From an uncultured Candidatus Saccharibacteria bacterium (GTDB lineage Bacteria > Patescibacteriota > Minisyncoccia > Phycocordibacterales > UBA9973), in assembly GCA_964591475.1 (NCBI GenBank), contig CAZQAX010000003.1:1-35282 (forward strand): a DNA stretch of 35,282 nt, written 5' to 3'. This document shows, piece after piece, positions 5,236-12,895 of this stretch. Numbering within the stretch: position 1 is the stretch's first letter; each line of letters opens with the position of its first letter. The translations under genes were made by a program, and so were the position numbers. The notes beneath the pieces were generated by a model, which was not told the DNA's origin, did not search any database, and saw nothing but the letters and a program-made list of their open reading frames with translations.

Positions 5236-5745
5236 TTAATTGACTGTAAATTCTTCGTCTAAAACCTCTAGTGGTTCTTTGTCTTTTGTTTCAAATTTAA
5301 CACTAGCTATCCAGCCATTGACCTGGACTTTTTTAAAAACCAAATCATTTTTAGTTGATTCAATTTTTAAAACCATGCCAATGTTTTGAAGATTTTTTGG
5401 AAAGCAGCTACTTTTGTACCATAGGGCTGTTGACGTGTCTCGGGCGCCATATTCGCTACTGTACCCATAGTCAACTAAACCAATCTTGTCATCTTTGATT
5501 TTTTTTATCCTAACAATTCGGCCAGCGTCTTGCGCAGATATTTCTAGTGGATTTTTAAAAGAAGAAATTTCTCCTCTAATGTTAGAATCAATTCCTGCCA
5601 AGGATCCACAAACAATAACTGAAATCAAAAAAACACCAAAGGCTCCAAAAGAAAAACCATACTGTACAAAACCAGTAATTACGGCTGTTAAAAAGATTAA
5701 TACAATAGCAATAGGGAAATAAAATGTTTCTTTTTCTTTACTCAT
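5236..5745 (-). CDS. hypothetical membrane protein (2 N-terminal TM segments plus a soluble C-terminal domain)
   Basis: ATG ORF with a strong SD AGGAGGGG (plus-strand 5753-5760) 7 nt upstream. Minus-strand terminator at 5207-5232. Confidence 0.7.
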   Translation of the reverse strand: MSKEKETFYFPIAIVLIFLTAVITGFVQYGFSFGAFGVFLISVIVCGSLAGIDSNIRGEISSFKNPLEISAQDAGRIVRIKKIKDDKIGLVDYGYSSEYGARDTSTALWYKSSCFPKNLQNIGMVLKIESTKNDLVFKKVQVNGWIASVKFETKDKEPLEVLDEEFTVN

Positions 5746-5884
5746 GAGTAAGCCCCTCCTAAGGACTTTTTTAAATGTTCAAAATAAGTTAACTTTTTTA
5801 TTTTTATCACTAATTTTTACACAAGTCAAACTTTTTATTTTTATTTAATTAGACTTGCGGGGTATTGTTTACATATATCAAGCT

Positions 5885-5893
5885 TGGTACAAT
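5885..5893 (+). promoter_or_regulatory. extended -10 TGgTACAAT, 9 nt before ATG 5903
   Basis: Read directly. Confidence 0.5.
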
Positions 5894-5902
5894 AATCAGT
5901 AT

Positions 5903-8692
5903 ATGAACCCAAATTTTATAGATGATGTAAAGGGGGCTGGTACGACAAAACCCTTTGGTTTACGTAACTTTACCTTTAGCAAAAAAGCTGATTTATTTTT
6001 ACATTTTTTAATATGTGCAGTTGTTGTTTTTTTTGGAATTAGGGCTGGTATTTCGAATGCCGCCAATACAGCTATTGAAGACCTTGGAATACAGTTTCAA
6101 CAATTAGGATCAGGTCCAGGGTCAATGTTTTTTGATGCCAATGGAGACCCACACTGGTTTGTGGTTTTTAGTGGTAGAGCTCAATTTATTGATGTGAATT
6201 TAAAAACAGGTGAAAAAAGATATTTCAATATTGGCAAGGGCGGGCTTGGGGGTAGCCCAAAGGCTTTATCTGGGAATAGTCTTTTTGTATTCGTAGGCGA
6301 TTCTTGTTCAGTGTGGCAGTACGACATAACTGCGGGAACCATCAAAGAGCTCAAACAAGCCGGTTCAAATAATGGCTGTGGTAATTCTACGGGAACTCAA
6401 AGTGCGTATACTGCCGCTGATGGTATGGTTTATGCCGGAACAGCACATAGAGGTACTGTATATGAAATTGATCCCGCAACTGGGAATATAAGAGACTTTG
6501 GTATTGTTGACCCACCAGCTGGTAATCCAACATGTAGTGGTTGTGCATCTCGCATGGTTAGTAACATTGTTGTTGACGCTAATTTTATATATACATTAAT
6601 GCGTGACACTAGTACGAATTCTTGGTGGTTAGCCATCTTAAACCGCAGTGACGGTAGCTTGTCAGCTTCTTGTGACAAAGACAGCTTACTACCTAGTGGC
6701 AAAGTTGCTGCATCTGTTGATGGAACCCAAATATGGTACAACTCATACCGTATTGATAATACAAATGGCCAATGTCCAACAACCAAGGGCACCCCTCCAC
6801 CGCTAAGATCTTGGTTTTTCCCTTCAAATGTTTACTCAACTGATGGCGACTCTTATGCTCAAGCCGCTTCGGTTTTTGGAGTTGATATTGATGCTTCAGG
6901 TGTAGAGGTTGACACGAGTAATGGTGGAATTTCAACACTATCATATCGTTACCCCGCTGGTTCTGGAAATTGGACACAGGTAACTCAGTCAATATTAATG
7001 AAAGATGCCCAAATAAAACGCATCAAAGCTAAAGATGATACTAATGCATATTTAATAGGTGGTTCGTATGGACCAAACTCAATATTTAACGGTAGCTCAA
7101 GTACGGTTTTAGGTCGTACACCACAAAGTACTTATGCAGCAACTCCGGTAGGGCAATATCTATATCTTTCTGGATACACAGCTAATACTTATAGATATAA
7201 CACGTCACTACCTTGGACGGTTATGGGGTCATCAACACAAACGTTTTGTAATGTTTCATCGCCATCAAATCCATGTGTAGCTTTCGCAGGAATGGGTAAG
7301 TATCATTATTATACAAAAGTAGCATCAAATGGGAATTTGTATATTGCATCTGATTATAAGCGTGGCAACCGAGGAGGTGGAGATATTGGATGGATAAATC
7401 CAACAAGTGGAGCGACAAGCTATCACGCGCTTACTTGCGATGCGCCAAGTGGATTTGCATTGTTGTCAGACGGCAAAACTATTGCTTATGCGGGTAGTGG
7501 AGAGGCTGGATCATTTGGTTGTACTAATACAGTAGGAAAAGTCTATATATTTGATACTAACACACACACCGTAACAAATTCATTTTCACCAGTAGCAAAC
7601 TCTGATAGCCAGGGTACAATTATTGACACAAATGATGGAGGAATACTGGGAATCGTTAAAGGCTATCCTGCATTTGGTCAGTATACTATGTATAAAGTTG
7701 ATGCAAGCGGCACACATGCGTCATGGTCACCAATGGTTGTAACAGGTACTATATTTGGGTCTACAAACGGAGCAGATCAATTTATGATCAAAGCTCGTGA
7801 CGGTATGATCTACACAACAGGTAATACTAATGAATTAATTAAAATTAATCCGAGTGATGGCACCCGTACTTCGGTTACTACGGCAAGTAGTTATATTACT
7901 GCTATGGAATTTGTAGGAGACGACTTGTATATGGCTGTTGGTTCAAATGAAAGTAGGCTACAAAGAATAAGAGGCTTAAACCCACCTGCTCAACAACTTT
8001 CTACGACAAAAGCGATCACCTCATTTAATTTTGGGACACCTGCTGTTACTGGAACAATAAATGATTCAAATAAAACTATATCTTTAACTGTGCCATTTGG
8101 GACAAACGTTACATCTCTTATACCAACTGTTGTGACTACTGGTACATCAATCAGCCCAAATACAGGTGTCGCTCAAAATTTTACAAATCCTGTGACCTAT
8201 ACCGTAACTGCAGCTGATAGCTCTACTCAAAATTATGTAGTAACGGTTACAATCTCTCCTGACACAAATCCTAATAAAAGCACTGACCCGGTCAAGAAAG
8301 ACCCAGACCCAATACCAAGCAAACAACCAGACCCAGTTAAAACTGAAACTGAAAAAACCAAACCCGTAGAACCGGTCAAAACCGAAACAAAGCCCACCCA
8401 GCCCGAAACAAACAAGAGCACTCCTGAAGAGATAGTTAAAAAGAATCAATTTGTATTTACTAAAAACCTTAAATTTGGCATGAAAGATGAAGGTGTTTAT
8501 GCGTTGCAAGTATACTTAAATAACAACGGCTTCCCTGTGTCAAAATCAGGTGTTGGCTCAAAAGGTAAAGAAAACGCTTATTTCGGTATAAAGACAAGAG
8601 CTGCCCTAAAAAGGTTCCAAAAAACAATAGGATTAACTCCTACAGGTATACTAGGTCCCGTTACACAAAGAATTATTATAAAAAATCCTTAA
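5903..8692 (+). CDS. large cell-surface protein: signal/anchor, G/S/T-rich beta-rich ectodomain, Ig-like beta-sandwich module, Pro/Thr/Lys linker, C-terminal PG_binding_1 domain
   Basis: ATG 5903 lies 9 nt after TGgTACAAT. N-terminal hydrophobic segment ends ..ISNA. Ig-like module motif ITSFNF..GTI...TISLTVPFGTNVTSL...PVTYTVTAADSST. Linker PDPIPSKQPDPVKTETEKTKPVEPVKTETKP. C-terminus G..V..LQ.YL...G.....G..T..A.K.FQ...GL..TG resembles a peptidoglycan-binding domain. Confidence 0.85.
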   Translation: MNPNFIDDVKGAGTTKPFGLRNFTFSKKADLFLHFLICAVVVFFGIRAGISNAANTAIEDLGIQFQQLGSGPGSMFFDANGDPHWFVVFSGRAQFIDVNLKTGEKRYFNIGKGGLGGSPKALSGNSLFVFVGDSCSVWQYDITAGTIKELKQAGSNNGCGNSTGTQSAYTAADGMVYAGTAHRGTVYEIDPATGNIRDFGIVDPPAGNPTCSGCASRMVSNIVVDANFIYTLMRDTSTNSWWLAILNRSDGSLSASCDKDSLLPSGKVAASVDGTQIWYNSYRIDNTNGQCPTTKGTPPPLRSWFFPSNVYSTDGDSYAQAASVFGVDIDASGVEVDTSNGGISTLSYRYPAGSGNWTQVTQSILMKDAQIKRIKAKDDTNAYLIGGSYGPNSIFNGSSSTVLGRTPQSTYAATPVGQYLYLSGYTANTYRYNTSLPWTVMGSSTQTFCNVSSPSNPCVAFAGMGKYHYYTKVASNGNLYIASDYKRGNRGGGDIGWINPTSGATSYHALTCDAPSGFALLSDGKTIAYAGSGEAGSFGCTNTVGKVYIFDTNTHTVTNSFSPVANSDSQGTIIDTNDGGILGIVKGYPAFGQYTMYKVDASGTHASWSPMVVTGTIFGSTNGADQFMIKARDGMIYTTGNTNELIKINPSDGTRTSVTTASSYITAMEFVGDDLYMAVGSNESRLQRIRGLNPPAQQLSTTKAITSFNFGTPAVTGTINDSNKTISLTVPFGTNVTSLIPTVVTTGTSISPNTGVAQNFTNPVTYTVTAADSSTQNYVVTVTISPDTNPNKSTDPVKKDPDPIPSKQPDPVKTETEKTKPVEPVKTETKPTQPETNKSTPEEIVKKNQFVFTKNLKFGMKDEGVYALQVYLNNNGFPVSKSGVGSKGKENAYFGIKTRAALKRFQKTIGLTPTGILGPVTQRIIIKNP

Positions 8693-8695
8693 GTT

Positions 8696-8893
8696 ATGAG
8701 TACTAGAATATTTGTTTTAATCGCCTCGCTTATATTTCTAACAGTCAGTATCGTTCAAAGCTTTAGAATTTTTTTCGAATGGCAAATACTGGTTGGAGAT
8801 TTTGTAACACCTATGTGGATGACGTACGTTGTAGTCATTTTAGCCTACTATTTAACCTTTACTGGTTTTAAAATTTACCTAAGAAAACCTTAA
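8696..8893 (+). CDS. small membrane protein (65 aa, 2 TM)
   Basis: ATG 4 nt after the upstream stop. Two hydrophobic helices. Followed by terminator 8923-8953. Confidence 0.55.
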   Translation: MSTRIFVLIASLIFLTVSIVQSFRIFFEWQILVGDFVTPMWMTYVVVILAYYLTFTGFKIYLRKP

Positions 8894-8922
8894 TCCACCC
8901 ACAAGCAATTACAATCTGCAAT

Positions 8923-8953
8923 AAAAAAACCACCAACAATTGGTGGTTTTTTT
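8923..8953. terminator. bidirectional terminator between convergent genes
   Basis: A7-CCACCAA-CAA-TTGGTGG-T7. Confidence 0.85.
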
Positions 8954-8957
8954 ATTG

Positions 8958-9329
8958 CTAGTGTTTGCGCAACAAGTTTTTTATACTTCTAGCTCCTCGA
9001 ATAAATATATTTCTTGATCGGTCTTTACCTTTTTTAATTTCATTAAAGATCGTGTCTTTAACTGTATCGATTGCTGTGTACATATCGGGCTCGTTTGATG
9101 TTGCACGATATGTTTTACCTTTAAAATTAACCATACACTCAGCTTTGAATAAATCATTAGCATGGTTGTGGTGGTTTGTAGTTTTAGCAACCTCAAACTC
9201 AACGAGAACGTCGGTATTAGTGCTTGAGAGTAGTTTGCCTAAATTTGTAACCCTATTAATTACATAGTCTGATATAGCATCTGTCATTTCAAAACCAGTG
9301 GCTTTTAAGTTTATTTTGATGTTTTCCAT
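8958..9329 (-). CDS. hpf: ribosome hibernation promoting factor / RaiA family (short form)
   Basis: The N-terminus (I.I...G.E.T.AI..YV..R...L.K) and the DMY.AID.V.D motif are typical of the S30AE/HPF family. Confidence 0.8.
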   Translation of the reverse strand: MENIKINLKATGFEMTDAISDYVINRVTNLGKLLSSTNTDVLVEFEVAKTTNHHNHANDLFKAECMVNFKGKTYRATSNEPDMYTAIDTVKDTIFNEIKKGKDRSRNIFIRGARSIKNLLRKH

Positions 9330-9388
9330 ATATTTTAAACTAAACTACTAATACTTTAATTTTAGCACTTTTGGCAAAATAATACTGT

Positions 9389-9904
9389 TTAAAAGTTTAT
9401 GCCCAGTATTTTTAACACAATACCGGCCAGTGGGTCAGCCGATGTGCCGTAAACCATAACACCGCCCAACAGACCGGTAACTGTAATAGTGATTAGTCCA
9501 ACAAAGGCTAGCACACCTGAAACTACTTTGTGGGTTAAAAGATCTTTTGCAAAAGTTAAAAACTTTACAATTTGCGGTAAGTTTAATTTTTGGGTAATTA
9601 TTGGTATTAATAAAATTAATACTTCACCCACCAGTAATAGTGCATATACCCAAGTTGAAACGCTAGCAAACGTTGAGTGCATTTCAACTAATTGATGATT
9701 CGGGTTAACTAGTTCTTCAGCCAATTCGCCAGTAGAGCTTGCAACAAATGCGCCTAGTACACCAACAAGTAATAAGGCTCGTTGTATTTGCGCCCAGGCA
9801 ACATTAGGCAACCATTTATAAAAAGGGACTATTTTAACAAATGAATAAATTAATAAAAATGCAATAGGGAAGTGCACAAAAATTGGATGTATGTTGTAAG
9901 TCAT
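9389..9904 (-). CDS. DUF2231-like polytopic membrane protein
   Basis: HPIFVHFPIAF motif at the N-terminus. ATG 9904 lies 7 nt after TATACT. The longer track start 9997 would overlap the divergent gene. Confidence 0.65.
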   Translation of the reverse strand: MTYNIHPIFVHFPIAFLLIYSFVKIVPFYKWLPNVAWAQIQRALLLVGVLGAFVASSTGELAEELVNPNHQLVEMHSTFASVSTWVYALLLVGEVLILLIPIITQKLNLPQIVKFLTFAKDLLTHKVVSGVLAFVGLITITVTGLLGGVMVYGTSADPLAGIVLKILGINF

Positions 9905-9911
9905 ATATATA

Positions 9912-9919
9912 AGTATACA
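9912..9919 (-). promoter_or_regulatory. -10 TG-TATACT, 7 nt before ATG 9904 (leaderless)
   Basis: Read on the minus strand. Confidence 0.5.
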
Positions 9920-9927
9920 CCTTTGTG

Positions 9928-9936
9928 TGTTAAAAT
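9928..9936 (+). promoter_or_regulatory. extended -10 TGtTAAAAT, 8 nt before ATG 9945 (leaderless)
   Basis: Read directly. Confidence 0.55.
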
Positions 9937-9944
9937 AGATAGAT

Positions 9945-10523
9945 ATGAAGGAATCTTTGGCCATAATAGCCGCCCTAATTGCATTTGCGGGCAACATACC
10001 TTATTTGCGTGACGTTATTAAAAAGCGGGTAAAGCCTCACCCTTATACTTGGCTTGTTTGGACATTGGTATCGTTAACTACATTTTTTGGGGCTTTACAA
10101 AAAGGTGCTGGTATTGGTGCACTACCAACGGGTGTTGCTGAAATCTTTACAATTATTATTTTTATATTTTCATTGCAGTATGGGTTCAAACAAATTCGAA
10201 AAATTGATACATTGTTTTTATGCATAGCCTTGCTAGGTTTTATACCTTGGATACTAACCAAAGACCCGACAATTTCAGTGATTATCGTGGTCGCAATTGA
10301 TTTTGTCGCATTTATACCAACGCTACGCAAAACTTGGCAACATCCAAAATCTGAAACCCCGTTACTATACAGCATGAATGTTTTGCGCCACATACTGACC
10401 CTATTCTCACTTCAAGCCTATAATATTGCCACAGTTTTGCATTCAATCGTTATGATTATTATGAATTCGTTCATGACTTTTATAATAATGGTAAACAAAG
10501 TTACTAAAAAACACACTAATTAA
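9945..10523 (+). CDS. hypothetical polytopic membrane protein (about 6 TM)
   Basis: Hydrophobic ORF. ATG lies 8 nt after TGtTAAAAT. Confidence 0.7.
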   Translation: MKESLAIIAALIAFAGNIPYLRDVIKKRVKPHPYTWLVWTLVSLTTFFGALQKGAGIGALPTGVAEIFTIIIFIFSLQYGFKQIRKIDTLFLCIALLGFIPWILTKDPTISVIIVVAIDFVAFIPTLRKTWQHPKSETPLLYSMNVLRHILTLFSLQAYNIATVLHSIVMIIMNSFMTFIIMVNKVTKKHTN

Positions 10524-10546
10524 AGGCTTTTATAAAATAATTTTTG

Positions 10547-10555
10547 TGATATACT
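10547..10555 (+). promoter_or_regulatory. extended -10 TGaTATACT for the small basic protein gene (about 30-nt leader)
   Basis: Read directly. Confidence 0.5.
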
Positions 10556-10591
10556 GTAATCACTAATTATAATTTTTAAATTTAAAAAAAC

Positions 10592-10747
10592 ATGGCAAAA
10601 AGACAAGGTTCTATCGGTAAATTAAAACACCCAAAAGGTCCACATAAAACAGTTAAGCGATTAGCTGTTAAAAAAACAATGCTAGCTGTAAAGGCCGCTA
10701 AAAAGCTTCGCGGTAAAGTATCAAAAAAGGTCACAAAGAAAGCCTAA
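10592..10747 (+). CDS. small lysine-rich basic protein (51 aa) MAKRQGSIGKLKHPKGPHKTVKRLAVKKTMLAVKAAKKLRGKVSKKVTKKA
   Basis: Hand-translated; below the track cutoff. TGaTATACT promoter at 10547-10555 and clean terminator at 10753-10781 bracket it. Confidence 0.6.
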   Translation: MAKRQGSIGKLKHPKGPHKTVKRLAVKKTMLAVKAAKKLRGKVSKKVTKKA

Positions 10748-10752
10748 AAATT

Positions 10753-10781
10753 AAAAAACTACTTTAATAAAGTAGTTTTTT
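10753..10781 (+). terminator. terminator of the small basic protein gene
   Basis: 8-bp stem ACTACTTT/AAAGTAGT, T-run. Confidence 0.8.
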
Positions 10782-10789
10782 AATTTACG

Positions 10790-10798
10790 TGGTATAAT
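10790..10798 (+). promoter_or_regulatory. extended -10 TGgTATAAT, 8 nt before ATG 10807 (leaderless)
   Basis: Read directly. Confidence 0.6.
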
Positions 10799-10806
10799 TA
10801 ATAGAT

Positions 10807-11205
10807 ATGAAAGGATTTAATATAAATATCGAAAACGAAACCGTTGCGAATAACAACTTTCGCAAGGTTTTGTATACTGGTAAACATAGTCAATTAGTTT
10901 TAATGAGTTTGCGTCCAAACGAAGACATTGGTATGGAGGTGCACCCCGACAATGACCAATTTTTCAGATTCGAACAGGGTACAGGGCAATGTATTATTAA
11001 TGGTAACGTATATGAAGTTAGTGATGGTTCAGCAATCGTTGTACCAGCTGGAGCTGAGCATAACATTATAAATACTTCATCAACTGATGATTTAAAACTA
11101 TACACAATCTACTCGCCAGCGCACCATAAAGACGCTATTGTGCGCGAAACCAAACAAGAAGCGATGGATAACGAGGCTGAATTTGATGGCATAACTACTG
11201 AATAA
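10807..11205 (+). CDS. cupin domain protein
   Basis: G.E...H.....Q and VPAG..H...N motifs. ATG lies 8 nt after TGgTATAAT. Terminator at 11221-11251. Confidence 0.8.
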   Translation: MKGFNINIENETVANNNFRKVLYTGKHSQLVLMSLRPNEDIGMEVHPDNDQFFRFEQGTGQCIINGNVYEVSDGSAIVVPAGAEHNIINTSSTDDLKLYTIYSPAHHKDAIVRETKQEAMDNEAEFDGITTE

Positions 11206-11220
11206 CTAGCACTAAAAAAT

Positions 11221-11251
11221 AAAAATGCCCTTACTTGAAAAGGGTATTTTT
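11221..11251 (+). terminator. terminator of the cupin gene
   Basis: ATGCCCTT/AAGGGTAT stem, T4. Confidence 0.7.
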
Positions 11252-11263
11252 AGTGTGCAAATG

Positions 11264-11291
11264 TTGACATTACCGCTATTTGTGCTATCAT
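11264..11291 (+). promoter_or_regulatory. promoter TTGACA-16-(TGc)TATCAT for the T9SS-CTD gene
   Basis: Read directly. About 23-nt leader. Confidence 0.6.
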
Positions 11292-11320
11292 AGTACTTGA
11301 ACTATTCTATAAAATTAAAT

Positions 11321-12376
11321 ATGACAAAAAAAGACAAGATTTTTTACTTTTCTGTATGCGCACTGGTTATGCTAAGTTTCATTTTTGGATTTAAAGCTAA
11401 AGCCCAGTGCACAAAAAACATCGCCACTTTTTCAGGTGGTGGTAAATTGGAGCTTATCAAGCATGCAACTGACTTTCCCTCAACAGGGAAGACGACTTTT
11501 TACTACAAGTTCTGGGCTTCAACGCCCAAAGACTTAAGCCATTTTGATGTATTTGTCGGCACGTGCCTTACTAAATTTTATGGTGGGGGCACGTACACAA
11601 ACACTGTAGACACCAGTGGTTTAGACTACAACTCGTGTTGGAAGCTGGGCCAAGATGGTTCAGTATCTGGTAAGCCATGGGTCATGAAATATGACTGTGG
11701 TGTTAAAAAAGGTGATTCGTTACAAGGATTCTTTGTATTAAACGATACTTTTGGTGTCACTAAAAATGACGCGCTGTTAAAGTATGGTACAACTGTTGTT
11801 TACAATAGTATTTGTGCGCCACACATTCAGTGCGCTACGCCCGTTACCTTTGGCCATATTTCAGTCAAGAACGTTAAAAATTCTGACGAAGTCAGCTTTA
11901 CAACGTTCACAGAAACAAACAATGATACGTTCATTGTTGAACAATCTTACGATGCTATTCAGTGGAAAAATGTTGGTGGTGTAAAGGGTAAACGTAATTC
12001 GTCTGAAAGGGTTGATTACTCAGTAAAGGTTAATTTATACGACCATGCGAACAATGTTCGCTATTATCGTGTAAAACAAATTGATTTTGATGGCAAGTTT
12101 GATTATTCGCCGGTCGTTAAAATCAGTAGCGAACCAATTGTTGGTTTTTACCCAAACCCAGCTAATGCGGGTCAAAGCGTTATTTTTAACCTTACTAATT
12201 TTGATGAGTTCAGTGAATCCAAACTTTTAGTGATTAGCCCATTAGGTGAGGTTGTTTTCACCAAAGATTTCACCGGTAGTAACATTTTTGAGGTCAACGA
12301 TTTAACCAAGGGGGTGTACTGTGTGCAAATTGCTTCGCGACACTTTACCAAGGCGCAAAAACTAGTCATCAAGTAA
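11321..12376 (+). CDS. secreted protein with T9SS-type (Por) C-terminal sorting domain
   Basis: Signal peptide MTKKDKIFYFSVCALVMLSFIFGFKAKA. C-terminus FYPNPANAGQSV.F......LLVISPLGEVV....L.KGVYCVQI......QKLVIK matches the TIGR04183-like pattern. It is preceded by an F.VE.S.D...W......YYRVKQIDFDGK..YSPVV module. Confidence 0.8.
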   Translation: MTKKDKIFYFSVCALVMLSFIFGFKAKAQCTKNIATFSGGGKLELIKHATDFPSTGKTTFYYKFWASTPKDLSHFDVFVGTCLTKFYGGGTYTNTVDTSGLDYNSCWKLGQDGSVSGKPWVMKYDCGVKKGDSLQGFFVLNDTFGVTKNDALLKYGTTVVYNSICAPHIQCATPVTFGHISVKNVKNSDEVSFTTFTETNNDTFIVEQSYDAIQWKNVGGVKGKRNSSERVDYSVKVNLYDHANNVRYYRVKQIDFDGKFDYSPVVKISSEPIVGFYPNPANAGQSVIFNLTNFDEFSESKLLVISPLGEVVFTKDFTGSNIFEVNDLTKGVYCVQIASRHFTKAQKLVIK

Positions 12377-12400
12377 GTGTAAAGCTAAAGTTCTTCTTTG

Positions 12401-12426
12401 AACGGGTCCAAAAGACCCGTTTTTTA
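12401..12426 (+). terminator. terminator of the T9SS-CTD gene
   Basis: ACGGGTC/GACCCGT stem, T6. Confidence 0.85.
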
Positions 12427-12475
12427 ATACCTATATTATCTGCAGGAGATGGGTAATACGGGTTTTACCCACACC

Positions 12476-12509
12476 TTGACTTGACTAAAATAAGTATCTA
12501 TGATAGTAT
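12476..12509 (+). promoter_or_regulatory. csp promoter: overlapping TTGACTTGACT with TATGAT/TGaTAGTAT, each pair at 17-nt spacing
   Basis: Read directly. Leaves a leader of about 75 nt. Confidence 0.55.
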
Positions 12510-12587
12510 ATAAAGACAAAGCGATTTTTTAGAAGTAGTCTCTCTCATTATATCTATTTGTATATTATTATTTATGAAAAAAATCTA

Positions 12588-12800
12588 ATGAAAGGTACTA
12601 TAAAAAAACTTGTTAAAGAAAAGCTTTTCGGTTTCATCCTTGATGAATCAACTGGAAAGGACGTTTTCTTTCATGGTAACAACCTAGTTGGCGCAGACTT
12701 TAACGACCTAAATGAAGGTGATTCAGTTACATTTGAAATTGAAACTACTAACATCCGTGGTGAAGAAAAGACTGGTGCTGTAAACGTACAACGCGCATAA
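12588..12800 (+). CDS. cold-shock domain protein (divergent RNP motifs)
   Basis: GTIKKL...K.FGFI....GKDVFFH......F..L.EGD.V.FEIE pattern. ATG 12588 chosen over TTG 12558. Confidence 0.7.
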   Translation: MKGTIKKLVKEKLFGFILDESTGKDVFFHGNNLVGADFNDLNEGDSVTFEIETTNIRGEEKTGAVNVQRA

Positions 12801-12824
12801 TACGAAAGTATTAGTTCGTTTTTG

Positions 12825-12856
12825 AAAAAACCCTGCATTATTTGCAGGGTTTTTTC
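12825..12856 (+). terminator. terminator of the csp gene
   Basis: CCCTGCA/TGCAGGG stem, T6. Confidence 0.85.
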
Positions 12857-12880
12857 ATATTTGCGTAAATCTATTTTTTA

Positions 12881-12889
12881 TGTTAAAAT
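12881..12889 (+). promoter_or_regulatory. extended -10 TGtTAAAAT, 6 nt before ATG 12896 (leaderless)
   Basis: Read directly. Confidence 0.55.
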
Positions 12890-12895
12890 AAATTC

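Noticed and set aside
5855-5902. TTG start at 5855 for the surface protein, plus similar non-ATG longest-ORF starts at 4767, 1356, 2357, 11297, 12558, 18339, 21297, 25674, 9997 and 14064
   Set aside because: In each case an in-frame ATG lies immediately downstream of a recognisable promoter -10, or at the position homologous to another cassette. The extension overlaps promoters, terminators or a divergent gene.
6430-8509. Antisense and off-frame ORFs inside the surface-protein gene (6430-6792, 6693-6992, 7221-7418, 8147-8509, 8233-8421), and similar ones inside typA, alaS, the helicase, pepF and others
   Set aside because: They are fully nested in long ORFs with clear homology or domain signatures, have biased low-complexity translations, and have no expression signals.
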